From the IMG/VR virus record IMGVR_UViG_3300047557_000941, positions 1 through 64,000 of that record: a DNA stretch of 64,000 nt, one strand, 5' to 3'. The notes below the pieces were generated by a model. It had not been told where the DNA came from. It was given only the letters and a program-made list of their open reading frames with translations, and searched no databases. The position numbers were made by a program, and so were the translations under genes. Source of the stretch: an uncultured virus (IMG/VR IMGVR_UViG_3300047557_000941). Lineage: Duplodnaviria > Heunggongvirae > Uroviricota > Caudoviricetes > Crassvirales. Below are positions 47,554 to 56,676 of the stretch, in pieces. Numbering within the stretch: the first letter of the stretch is position 1; each line of letters starts with the position of its first letter.

Positions 47554-47806
47554 ATGTTTTGTTATAGTATTGTTCAGGTGTATCATAAATTGGAGTACCA
47601 ATTTGCGTAAACATTACTCCATCTTCAAATCCTGAGTCATTAGCATCGATTATTTGTTCTTTCTCTTTACTAATTAAGTGTTCTGCTAATTCAATTGATG
47701 ATACTAAAGACGTGGCCTCGTTAATCATTCCTGATTTTGTATACACAATATGCTTTTGTATCAAATCAGAATACATTTCTTGCATTGCCGTTTGTTTCTT
47801 TGTCAT
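47540..47806 (-). CDS. Hypothetical protein (KQTA...EKEQIIDA family)
   Basis: Paralogous to 37625..37867. Confidence 0.6.
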   Translation of the reverse strand: MTKKQTAMQEMYSDLIQKHIVYTKSGMINEATSLVSSIELAEHLISKEKEQIIDANDSGFEDGVMFTQIGTPIYDTPEQYYNKTYGKI

Positions 47807-47937
47807 GATAGTCTAATTAAAATGTAAATACAAAGCAGTGCACTAAGTGTACCTGATACACCAATAATAGCACCAATAACAAATTGTCTGAAGGCAATCT
47901 CTGAGACTTCCTTGCAGTTAAACTTCTCATTCTCCAT
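47803..47937 (-). CDS. Small membrane protein (44 aa)
   Basis: Hand-translated MENEKFNC...FVIGAIIGVSGTLSALLCIYILIRLS. Confidence 0.5.
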   Translation of the reverse strand: MENEKFNCKEVSEIAFRQFVIGAIIGVSGTLSALLCIYILIRLS

Positions 47938-48283
47938 CTAATTGCATTTGTTTAATGGCACGCTCTTCTTGTCTCTGCTCAATTAATGATAAACCAGTGA
48001 CTAAATTCTTTTTGCCTGCCTTGATTAGTTCTTGTTCGTACTCCTTCATCTTCTTGATGCCATAAATAACTGTGGCATGCTCAACTGGATAGCCGTAACG
48101 CTCACAATATCTTTGTATCTCAGATATTTTAAAGCCTGCCTCGTGCAACAAAAAATAAAAATGTTGTCGGGCCCTGACCACTGGGTGGAATCTGGTATTG
48201 AGAAATATATCTTTCTTTCTAATTCGGTGACGATAGCACACCTTGCGTGCTATAACGTCCATTGCATCAACGTCTGTTATCAT
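47927..48283 (-). CDS. DnaA C-terminal-like HTH DNA-binding protein
   Basis: TR...VVRARQHFYFL...ISEI...EHATVIYGIKK matches the DnaA domain IV pattern. Confidence 0.7.
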   Translation of the reverse strand: MITDVDAMDVIARKVCYRHRIRKKDIFLNTRFHPVVRARQHFYFLLHEAGFKISEIQRYCERYGYPVEHATVIYGIKKMKEYEQELIKAGKKNLVTGLSLIEQRQEERAIKQMQLDGE

Positions 48284-48431
48284 TGTTTTTTAAATCATTA
48301 ACGTAAACACCTAGTGCTAGTACTAGCACGCCGGCAGTAAATAATAAAAAGGTGGCAGTCATGTAGCCTAGATAGGCTGACAAAAGGACCAAGGCAAATA
48401 GCCCATAGGAAATTTTAAATAGTGAATTCAT
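48267..48431 (-). CDS. Small two-TM membrane protein
   Basis: MNSLFKISYGLFALVLL...VLALGVYV. Confidence 0.55.
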   Translation of the reverse strand: MNSLFKISYGLFALVLLSAYLGYMTATFLLFTAGVLVLALGVYVNDLKNNDNRR

Positions 48432-48495
48432 AGTAAATGTCCAATTATTGCGACCAAAATGGTCAGTATCCACAAAATAATTATTGTTCTTGTTT

Positions 48496-50571
48496 TCAAA
48501 GCTCTGTATATTGAGAGATAATCTCATCGAAATCTCTGATTAAATTCTTACTGATATTATCGTAGCTAGTCCATAGCCAATCGCTACCATCGTAGCACTG
48601 GAGAATATATTTCTTGGTGATCGGATCTCGTGTAAACTTCATTTGCACCGTACGTTTGGTTGCGGTCGGTAGGTAGAATGTCCCCCCTTTCGTGCCAGAA
48701 ATTATCAGTTCTCTGAATCTGTCTATTTGCTCTATCATTATTTTGTTGGTCTAAGAATTGCTGATGCTTTGCATTATTGTATTGCTCCACAAATTGTAAG
48801 ATTTGATTATCGTATTCGCAAGCCTGCCCGAACTGAGCATACTCGCACCATTCGTTGTATGTCATGTTAGTATTTATCTAGTTCGTTTAAAATTGGAACA
48901 ATAGTCTCTTGTAAATCATTAATGATGTCTATCATCTCTTCATCTTCTAAGTGGTCTTTAATCCAATCAAGTTTGCAATAGTAAACATCACCTAATTTTA
49001 AAGGCTCATTTGTCTCGTCGTCAGTCCAATTGTCCCAATTGACTATATTCATTGCTTTTTGTAATTGCGTTTCTAAGGTCGTATTCATTTTAAATTGCGT
49101 TTAGTTTTTTATAAAAGGATTTTTAATTTATTTAACATCTCTTCGCCACCATCAAACACTCCATTGTATTCTAGCCAGTACTTGAGTAAATCAAAATCTC
49201 TTAGCTCCATATTGTTGGCGTAATGTTGGTCAAATGTTTTGCTAGGGAAATTTATGAAATCTATTTCAGCCATATATTTTGCTAAGTACTCTTTAAATTT
49301 ATTTGATGGTTTTGTGGAATCTAATTTAAATTCTTGCTTCTCTGTATTGCAGTCTTCACAAATTCCATCAAACCAAAGGTCATGTCGACCCTTCAGTTCA
49401 CCACATTCGTGGCACGACCAAATGTCTTGTGATTTAGTTAGTCCCATTTTATATTGCGTTTAAATAATCTTGCACCTTTGTCACACTCACCCCAATTGAG
49501 GTAAGATAGTCTTCGAGCTCGTCGTTCATTGAGGTGAAATATTTCTGTTCCACCTCTTCTCGAGTTAGTTTGTCCACTAACTGGGATTTAATTAAGCCAC
49601 CGATCGAGGTGGTTAAGTATAAGGTATACCCTGCGGTCTTAAATGATTTGCGTGCCATTATTTTTCGAATAAGTTTTGATAAATTTTTTCATATAGTAAC
49701 TCAGATATTGCACTCATTACAACCGATGAAGATATCGCTTCATTCAGTATTTGCATCAACTGCTCATGAGTCAGTTCATTCTCAGTAAAATATATACTCT
49801 TAATTCCTGAATAGGTATCGATTGCGTCATCAAGTAACCACATCGTATCTGTTGCATACTCTTTTGAGTGGTACACGTCGTAACCACGGGCCCATAATTC
49901 ACGGGTTAGTTCAGTGGTGCTAAACTCTTTTAAGTCTTTCATATCGTGCATGATTCTATAATTGAATAATATTTATCATATAACTCATTGAACTCATCTT
50001 GTGCCTCTTCTGTGTAAGTCGTCGAGTCTTCGCCGTCTTTGTATACTGCACCATAATTCATATGCAGTATTAAATCAGCGTGGGCCAGTTCACTAGCCAG
50101 TTCTAAAATGTTTATCGTTACGTTCATTAGTTTTGTGGGTTATTTAATAGCATGATAGATATTAATTCTGAATTTGTATGCTCATCGTATAGGTCCTCTT
50201 CTGCGTGGTTAACCGCCTCGTCATCTGAATCTCTATCTGTTCGATAATACACGTCGACCTTTGATAAATCGTAGACTTTGTCTAGTTCTAAAAGATATTC
50301 TAATAGCTTATTTGCCTTCATCGCCGTATGGTCTATAGGTTGTAAAAAATACATTATCTTTCTTGAATGTTATTTTAATGCATGAAATTTCTTCTACAAT
50401 TTCATAGTTCGCACGTATCATGGCCTTAATAAATTCAAAGTCAAATTTGAAATGCAACCAAATTGTTCCTTCAGCCATTGACGTTTCAATAACTTCTAAT
50501 CCTATACTTTCAAAGTGATTTATAAGTCCTTCTAATTGTTTCAGTGTTTCTAATAAATATTTCTTCTTCAT
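48496..50571 (-). CDS. Run of ~9 small early hypothetical genes (48496-48738, 48584-48865, 48867-49088, 49109-49447, 49449-49658, 49658-49951, 49939-50127, 50127-50354, 50308-50571)
   Basis: Tightly packed co-oriented 60-112 aa ORFs, mostly acidic; 49109..49447 has CHEC..CEDC. Confidence 0.6.
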
Positions 50572-50579
50572 GATTGTAT

Positions 50580-51230
50580 TTAGTTTGAGGTGATTAAATT
50601 TAGTTCTTCGGCGGTGTATTCTACCCCGTGCTCATCTACCACGGTGATATATTCTAGCTCGTCCTCAATTTCGCTTTGTCCCATGTACTCAGAAATGTAT
50701 TCCGCATATTCGTTGACCTTGAATAATTTCGCATCTGTGTACCCTCCGCGAACGTCTGCACCATTGTGTATTTGAATAAGTGCGTAATCCTCATATTGCC
50801 CGTCTACAAATAAACGCAATGAGACACCCTGCAAAGTTTGGGAAAGGTCGCTATCTCCATTGTATGTGTTCCACTCTCTGGGGTTTTTATCATATCCGAT
50901 CTCGTTTAAAAATGCTTGATGCTTTGCGGATACTCCGTAGAAATCGCCGTCCCAGTCTGTGGATTTAATGCGGTTGAATTTATCACAAATAGAGTCTAAT
51001 TCGTGCGTCATTGAAATGTAATGAAATACGGATACACTCCGCTCGATATAATCATCGTTTCTATATTTTATATATAGTTCCGCTGGCTCATTTGCAAAGT
51101 CTTCGATTGTTTTCTTTGCGTTGCGTTGCCACATCCGGCCATCTGTCCCACCTGAATCGAGGAAGTGCACGCCCGTGTTTTCTGTTAACATTTTGTAAAC
51201 TAACTTTTGGATTTGTGTGTACTTTTTCAT
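50580..51230 (-). CDS. Early hypothetical protein (MLTENTG.HFLDSGG..GR.WQRN)
   Basis: 216-aa ORF; function not recognised. Confidence 0.7.
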   Translation of the reverse strand: MKKYTQIQKLVYKMLTENTGVHFLDSGGTDGRMWQRNAKKTIEDFANEPAELYIKYRNDDYIERSVSVFHYISMTHELDSICDKFNRIKSTDWDGDFYGVSAKHQAFLNEIGYDKNPREWNTYNGDSDLSQTLQGVSLRLFVDGQYEDYALIQIHNGADVRGGYTDAKLFKVNEYAEYISEYMGQSEIEDELEYITVVDEHGVEYTAEELNLITSN

Positions 51231-51254
51231 GATTGCGTATTTTTTAAAATGTGA

Positions 51255-51422
51255 TTAACAATGGTAAATAGTTTTTTCTAATTCGACTAAATCTAGATTA
51301 TTATTGTATTGCGTGGCTAAAATTGTAGCCTTTCCGTATGCGGAAAATCTGCTATTTGCTTTTACTTTAATTTCTTTCTTTTCGCCTCCGAAATAATAAG
51401 CGTTAAAAATGTAGGTATCCAT
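51255..51422 (-). CDS. Early hypothetical protein (55 aa)
   Basis: Hand-translated MDTYIFNAYYFGG...; carries the shared early leader. Confidence 0.55.
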   Translation of the reverse strand: MDTYIFNAYYFGGEKKEIKVKANSRFSAYGKATILATQYNNNLDLVELEKTIYHC

Positions 51423-51432
51423 GAGCGTATTT

Positions 51433-51666
51433 TTATAGGTTGTTAATTTGATTTTCTAAGTCGTTAATATTGTAAGATTGGAACACAATACCACCACCGA
51501 AGGATTTAGTATGATATTTTTTCCCGCCTATTGTGTTCGCCTTCTTGCATGCAAGGGCGTATTTTTGGTCAATGCTTAAGCCTTCGCCATCAATAGGTAT
51601 ATTTAAAAAGTGCGTAACGTAGCGAGGGTTTCCGTTTGTGTCGTTGTTTATTCTAGTGAATTCCAT
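51433..51666 (-). CDS. Early hypothetical protein (RINNDTNGNPRYV)
   Basis: 77-aa ORF with shared early leader. Confidence 0.65.
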   Translation of the reverse strand: MEFTRINNDTNGNPRYVTHFLNIPIDGEGLSIDQKYALACKKANTIGGKKYHTKSFGGGIVFQSYNINDLENQINNL

Positions 51667-51695
51667 AGTAGTATTTTTTAAGGTGATTAAATTAT

Positions 51696-51908
51696 TTATA
51701 GGACTAGTCCAAAATCTAAAAATGTATTTGCGTCCTTATTCGCTTCGTCAATTTCAGAAGCCAAATAAAGTTTTAACGTATTGTATTTTTCTTGGAAGTA
51801 AAACTCAATTACAACCTTGTCAAGTAGTTTGGAAATTACTACGGATTTTTCCCCCTTTGTAGCTTTGTTTACGCCGGTCAAATTTTGAATTTCTAGGTAA
51901 TTGTTCAT
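51696..51908 (-). CDS. First gene of the leftward early operon
   Basis: 70-aa ORF downstream of promoter box 51944-51951. Confidence 0.6.
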   Translation of the reverse strand: MNNYLEIQNLTGVNKATKGEKSVVISKLLDKVVIEFYFQEKYNTLKLYLASEIDEANKDANTFLDFGLVL

Positions 51909-52427
51909 TGCGTTATTTTTTAAGGTGTGTTTGATTTCTTTTTCAAAGGTAAAAAAAGATTTCGAATAAACAATACAACACGTAAAAAAAAATGCAAAGT
52001 TTTTTACGATATTTTTAAAATATGGCTAATTGTAGCGTATTGACGTGTTTTGTGTTAAAAATATTTTGGCGTGTGTAGTCGAGTGCGTGAAAAAAATTGA
52101 GCGTTTGAAATCGTGCGGGATTTGTGGCGGTGGGTAACAGAGTCAGCGTGTACACCTCAACCGCTTTTTGTTTACGTCTGTGTTGAGCCGTGCGAAATCG
52201 TAACAGACAGAGGGCAGAGCGGAGCCAAACGAGCGGAGCCCGTCGCCGTGACCCATGGCACCCAGAAAAGCCAAAAAATCTACGGCAATTTTCCCAAATC
52301 GTACCCCCCGTACCAAGATCCAGGGCGTTTCCGGATTGGCCCCGGCCGGCTGAGATGGTGGTGTTACCCAAAACCCATATTTATCTAATAAAATTTTTAA
52401 CTTTGCCTAAACCAAAACAAACAAACA

Positions 52428-52568
52428 ATGGCAAAAATGATTAAAGAATATGGTGGCAAGGAGAAGTACGCTTCTAAGTCTGCTATGATGAAGCACGAGA
52501 AAAAGGAAGGCAAGAAGGTAGAGAAGATGGAGAAGAAAGGTGTCTTTCCAAAGATGAAAAAGAAATAA
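52428..52568 (+). CDS. Small Lys/Met-rich basic protein (46 aa)
   Basis: Hand-translated MAKMIKEYGGKEKYASKSAMMKHEKKEGKK...KMKKK; has its own promoter box (52398) and terminator. Confidence 0.7.
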   Translation: MAKMIKEYGGKEKYASKSAMMKHEKKEGKKVEKMEKKGVFPKMKKK

Positions 52569-52594
52569 TTTTTATTTTAAACATCGTACTATTT

Positions 52595-52626
52595 AAAGAG
52601 ACTTGGCTATGCTGAGTCTTTTTTTT
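52595..52626 (+). terminator. Intrinsic terminator
   Basis: AGACTTGGC-TAT-GCTGAGTCT followed by a T run. Confidence 0.8.
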
Positions 52627-52639
52627 GCTCATTATCTTG

Positions 52640-52905
52640 TCTGTTTATACAATTCGTACACTTTTGTGACTTCTTTGTGTACAAAATATGTACAACTTGT
52701 ATTTTCTTACAACCACTTAACTTATTGATTATTAGTTATTTATATTAAGTATTTATTCTTTTATGAACAAAATGAACAAAATAAATAAGAAAAGTAAAAA
52801 AAATTTCACACGCTCAAAATAAAAAAATATATTTACGTAATGTGGCAAAAAAGTTTGCAAGTTTACATATTGTACATTTCATTTGTTTTTAGTATATTTG
52901 TACAA
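52640..52905. other. Putative replication origin, copy 2
   Basis: TGTACA/TGAACA repeats and an AT-rich core homologous to 43118..43323. Confidence 0.5.
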
Positions 52906-52919
52906 CTAATAAATATAAT

Positions 52920-53237
52920 ATGAAACCATACTTTTCAAAACCTACAAAATTGATCAGAGTTAACATCTCTCAGGAGGGTTGTGACACTGAGCATTTAATG
53001 TTCCAGGATTGCGACTTATTGCAATGTGCTCAAGAGCTAATGGGATTCTCTCACGAGATGGTAACGAGTGCAGATTCTAATCCATATGACAAGAAGTTAA
53101 CTATCCAGTGTCGTGAATGGGAGAACTCTAGAAACGGCTTGTCTAACACTTTTAGTTTCTTTGGACCAAGTCCGAGTAGCATGAAGGGTCTTATACTAAG
53201 ACATTTTGGCTATGGGCTAGAATATGAGGACAAATAA
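52920..53237 (+). CDS. Hypothetical protein
   Basis: 105-aa ORF with promoter box at 52893. Confidence 0.6.
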   Translation: MKPYFSKPTKLIRVNISQEGCDTEHLMFQDCDLLQCAQELMGFSHEMVTSADSNPYDKKLTIQCREWENSRNGLSNTFSFFGPSPSSMKGLILRHFGYGLEYEDK

Positions 53238-53288
53238 TCTTGCTTGGCATTACAATTGTATATAAATTTGTAACAAATAAAATCTAAA

Positions 53289-54848
53289 ATGATAGTAAAA
53301 GAGATCGTCTTCGGAGATGAAGGCAGACAGAAATTAATTAAGGGTGTTAATACAATTGCAAATGCAGTTGGGTCTACACTAGGAGCTCGTGGTCGCACGG
53401 TGCTTATTGAGTCGGAGCAACACGTTGGTGGCATTACAGTAACCAAGGATGGTGTGACCGTCGCTAAGTCAATTAACTTAATGGATCCAGCTGAGAACTT
53501 GGCTGTGATGATCATGCGAGAAGCATCTGAGAAGACGGCTAACTCAGCAGGTGATGGGACGACGACGAGTATGGTGCTGGCACAAGCCATCATCCATTCG
53601 GCAATGGGTGTGCTTACACCAGAAGACAATACCACACAAGTATTGCGTGATGTGCAGGCTGCAGCACTTAAGGTGGCTGAGGAGCTAACTGCTATGTCAA
53701 CGGAGATTACATCAGATAAGTTGGTGGACGTGGCGACTATCTCGGCCAATGGCGATGCGGAGATTGGCAAGATCATTGCTGATGCGTACAATCAAGTTGG
53801 CTTAAGTGGTGTAGTGACAGTTGGAGCATCCGAGACATCGGACACATACGCTGAGGTGGTCAGTGGCATGAAGATAGACAGAGGGTTTGCGAGTAAGTAC
53901 TTTGTGACAGACCATAAGAAGCAAGAGGCTGTGCTAGACAAGCCATACATCTTGGTGACTGACCAGCCCATTACAAACCTTAACGACATCTTGCCTATTC
54001 TAGAGTTCATCCACCAAGGCAGACATTCATTGCTTATTATTGGGGAGCTCGATGAGAACTCACTAAACTCACTTAACGTGAACAAGATTAAGTTGGGTCT
54101 AAAAGTAAGCACTATTATTCCTCCGTCATTTGGCTACAAGCGTCATCAGATCATGCAGGACATCGCTATTGCGACAGGGGCTAAGTATTTCTCTGAGCAG
54201 ACAGGTGACAACTTAATGATGGTCACTATTGACGACTGCGGACAAGCAGGCAAGGTGGTGAGCTCACGGTTCAATACAATTATCTTCGATGCTGTTGGAG
54301 CAGGGGATGAGAGAGTGCAAGAGTTGCAAGAGCAGATAGAGGTGGAGATGCAGGCTGTCGAGAAAGAATTCTTAAAAGAACGCATCGCTAATCTAGGTGG
54401 TGGGGTGGCTATCATCAAGGTGGGTGCTAACTCAGACATTGAGCAGAAAGAGAAGAAGGACCGGGTGGACGATGCGGTGTGTGCAGTACGTGCAGCACTA
54501 GAAGAAGGCATCCTTCCAGGTGGTGGCGTGGCGTTAAAAGATATCGCTGCTACTATGGACGTGGAGAACAAAGGCACCGAGATATTACAAATGGCGATGC
54601 TGGCTCCAATGATCAAGATACTATCCAATGCAGGCATAGATGTGGATGGTGCAGACTTTGATGAAGGTAAGCAGTTGTCTAAGGGAGGCATAGGGGTGAA
54701 CGTAGCTACAGGGGCATACTGCCACATGATGAGCGTTGGGATCATTGACCCGACTAAAGTGTGCAAGGAGGCTCTAAAAAATGCTGTATCTGTTGCAGTA
54801 ACACTATTATCTACAGAAACTGTCATAACAAATGTACGTCAAATGTAG
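53289..54848 (+). CDS. groEL: Phage-encoded chaperonin GroEL
   Basis: VTKDGVTVAKSI, AGDGTTT, ATISANGD, KDRVDDAV.A.RAALEEGILPGGG, GIIDPTKV. Confidence 0.95.
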   Translation: MIVKEIVFGDEGRQKLIKGVNTIANAVGSTLGARGRTVLIESEQHVGGITVTKDGVTVAKSINLMDPAENLAVMIMREASEKTANSAGDGTTTSMVLAQAIIHSAMGVLTPEDNTTQVLRDVQAAALKVAEELTAMSTEITSDKLVDVATISANGDAEIGKIIADAYNQVGLSGVVTVGASETSDTYAEVVSGMKIDRGFASKYFVTDHKKQEAVLDKPYILVTDQPITNLNDILPILEFIHQGRHSLLIIGELDENSLNSLNVNKIKLGLKVSTIIPPSFGYKRHQIMQDIAIATGAKYFSEQTGDNLMMVTIDDCGQAGKVVSSRFNTIIFDAVGAGDERVQELQEQIEVEMQAVEKEFLKERIANLGGGVAIIKVGANSDIEQKEKKDRVDDAVCAVRAALEEGILPGGGVALKDIAATMDVENKGTEILQMAMLAPMIKILSNAGIDVDGADFDEGKQLSKGGIGVNVATGAYCHMMSVGIIDPTKVCKEALKNAVSVAVTLLSTETVITNVRQM

Positions 54849-54875
54849 ATTTTATTAATTATATTTGCATATACA

Positions 54876-54964
54876 AATCCGAGTTGGTAATATTGCAGCT
54901 TACTAATTCGGATTATCAAGGAAACTTGACCGCCCCCTTCGCTGCAATCGTTGGGGGTTTTTTT
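54876..54964 (+). promoter_or_regulatory. Structured 5' leader: three hairpins with 8-bp loop-loop complementarity and terminator-like end
   Basis: Loop ATTGCAGC of hairpin 1 is complementary to GCTGCAAT in the loop of the CCCCC/GGGGG hairpin, which is followed by a T run. Confidence 0.7.
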
Positions 54965-54967
54965 ATT

Positions 54968-55471
54968 ATGGAAATTTGGAAACCAATTAAGGGTTATGAA
55001 GACTTATATGAAGTCAGTAACCTAGGAAGAGTAAACAGTTTATTCACAAGGAAAGGTAAAATAATGAAGCCTAAGGTAGAAAGAGATGGATATCTTAGGA
55101 TAGGATTTTGGAAAGAGGGCAAACAAAAGTATTATAATGTTCATCGATTAGTAGCAGAAGCATTTTTACTAGAAAAGCAAGATTACCAAAATCAGATAAA
55201 CCATATTAATAAAATAAAATCCGACAATAGAGTTGAAAATTTAGAATGGGTATCTACTATTGAAAATCATTTTCATAAAAATCTAAATAATAATACTAGT
55301 AGTAAATATGTTGGAGTTGCTTGGAGCAAAGAAAAAAATAAATGGGCTTCCTATATAAATTTTAAAAATAAAAAAGTACATTTGGGGGCATTTGACAATG
55401 AAGATTTAGCTCATAAGGCAAGAATAGATTTTCAAAATGAAAATAATATAATAAACAAGTATCTTAATTGA
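54968..55471 (+). CDS. NUMOD4-HNH-AP2 homing endonuclease
   Basis: EIWKPIKGYEDLYEVSNLGRV, VHRLVAEAF, INHINKIKSDNRVENLEW, SSKYVGVAW..KW.....HLGAF. Confidence 0.9.
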   Translation: MEIWKPIKGYEDLYEVSNLGRVNSLFTRKGKIMKPKVERDGYLRIGFWKEGKQKYYNVHRLVAEAFLLEKQDYQNQINHINKIKSDNRVENLEWVSTIENHFHKNLNNNTSSKYVGVAWSKEKNKWASYINFKNKKVHLGAFDNEDLAHKARIDFQNENNIINKYLN

Positions 55472-55476
55472 ATACA

Positions 55477-55686
55477 ATGACACCAAAAGAAAAAGCAAAA
55501 GAATTATTAGTAGGAATTTATAGATTTACTAATCTAACACCAGATGAATGCAAAAAATCAGCTATTTTTTCAATAAATGAAATAGCAAAATGCACAAAAC
55601 ATTTTTCTAAACAATTTGAAAATGATAGGTTTTCTGAGGAATACTGGGATGAAGTAAAAATAGAAATATTAAAGCTAAAGCCATGA
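55477..55686 (+). CDS. Hypothetical protein (MTPKEKAKEL...YWDEVK.EI)
   Basis: ATG at 55477. Confidence 0.65.
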   Translation: MTPKEKAKELLVGIYRFTNLTPDECKKSAIFSINEIAKCTKHFSKQFENDRFSEEYWDEVKIEILKLKP

Positions 55687-55799
55687 CGGTAATAACCAAC
55701 ATTAGAGCATAATATTGCACTTAATGGTGGAGAAAGTCAACAATTATATCATTTGGCATATAAATGTATAATATATTGCACATATTGTAAAATATATTT
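55683..55799. repeat. Palindrome array A
   Basis: Abutting imperfect palindromes, e.g. ATGACGGTAATAACCAACAT, AGAGCATAATATTGCACT, TTATATCATTTGGCATATAA, TGTATAATATATTGCACA. Confidence 0.55.
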
Positions 55800-55810
55800 A
55801 ACTTTACAGT

Positions 55811-56401
55811 ATGACAAAGACATATTTAATTTATGGACTTAGGTGTCCAAAGACAGATGACTATAGGTATATAGGCAAAAGTTCAAGTGGTATTAATAGA
55901 GCTAAATCACACCTAACCTATTCGCACAATGAATCAGTAAATCACTGGGTTCTTGAATTAAGAGAAGAAGGATTGGCTCCTTTGGTTGATGTAATTGAAC
56001 AATGCCAAGAAAGTGAATTAGTTATAAAAGAACATTTTTGGATTCAATATTATCAAAGAGTTGGATGTATATTGTTTAACCATATTAAGTACAAAGGCAA
56101 AGCGATAGAAGGTCTTGAAAAAGAAGTTGATAAAGAAGAATCTAGACTTAATGACAAAATTTCTTTAGTGAGGAATTTAATAAATGGAATGTCCTGTATA
56201 AGTGAATTTATTAAATATAGGCGAAAACAATTAAATATTTCACAACAAGAGTTGGCAGATTTAGCTAAAATATCAAGGGTTACAATACATAATATGGAAA
56301 ACAAAGATAAAAATTCTACCATATCAAATATAGAAACAGTACTTGATATATTGGGATGTGAATTGATGCCTTTAGTTAAAACGCCAAGAGGGAGCTATTA
56401 A
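55811..56401 (+). CDS. GIY-YIG-like nuclease domain fused to XRE-type HTH
   Basis: LIYGLRCP....RYIGKS...R...H, E.FWI..Y; C-terminal RRKQLNISQQELADLAKISRVTIHNMEN. Confidence 0.8.
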   Translation: MTKTYLIYGLRCPKTDDYRYIGKSSSGINRAKSHLTYSHNESVNHWVLELREEGLAPLVDVIEQCQESELVIKEHFWIQYYQRVGCILFNHIKYKGKAIEGLEKEVDKEESRLNDKISLVRNLINGMSCISEFIKYRRKQLNISQQELADLAKISRVTIHNMENKDKNSTISNIETVLDILGCELMPLVKTPRGSY

Positions 56402-56406
56402 ATAAT

Positions 56407-56653
56407 TTACAAATTCGGAAAAATTCCGAGTTTTGTAACAAATTTTGCCAAAATACGTTACAAAAATGTTAACTTATAAGTTAACAAATGTTAATAATCC
56501 AAACCAATATGGGATGGTAAATGATAATTATCCAAACCGTTACAATTTGGAACAGGTTGGAAGTGTGCATTACTAATATACACTATTGACGAAACTTGTA
56601 AAAAGTTGCAAGTTCTGATAATAAGGTTAAATAAAATTTACAAATTTGTAAAT
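56407..56653. repeat. Palindrome array B
   Basis: At least 8 abutting, mutually unrelated palindromes including perfect TGTTAACTTATAAGTTAACA (56467-56486) and ATTTACAAATTTGTAAAT (56636-56653). Confidence 0.75.
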
Positions 56654-56676
56654 AAATGTAAAATATAATTAATGTT

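Noticed and set aside
52015..52444. Three overlapping ORFs of 84-118 aa in the GC-rich island
   Set aside because: Atypical composition, mutually overlapping and lacking A-rich starts; expected by chance where stops are rarer.
53210..54826. Long antisense ORFs over groEL (193, 106 and 226 aa), and similar ones over nrdA and the capsid gene
   Set aside because: Shadow frames caused by codon bias of the sense gene; no promoter context or recognisable motifs.
56407..56653. CRISPR or mini-CRISPR array
   Set aside because: No recurring direct repeat separates unique spacers; each unit is a different palindrome.
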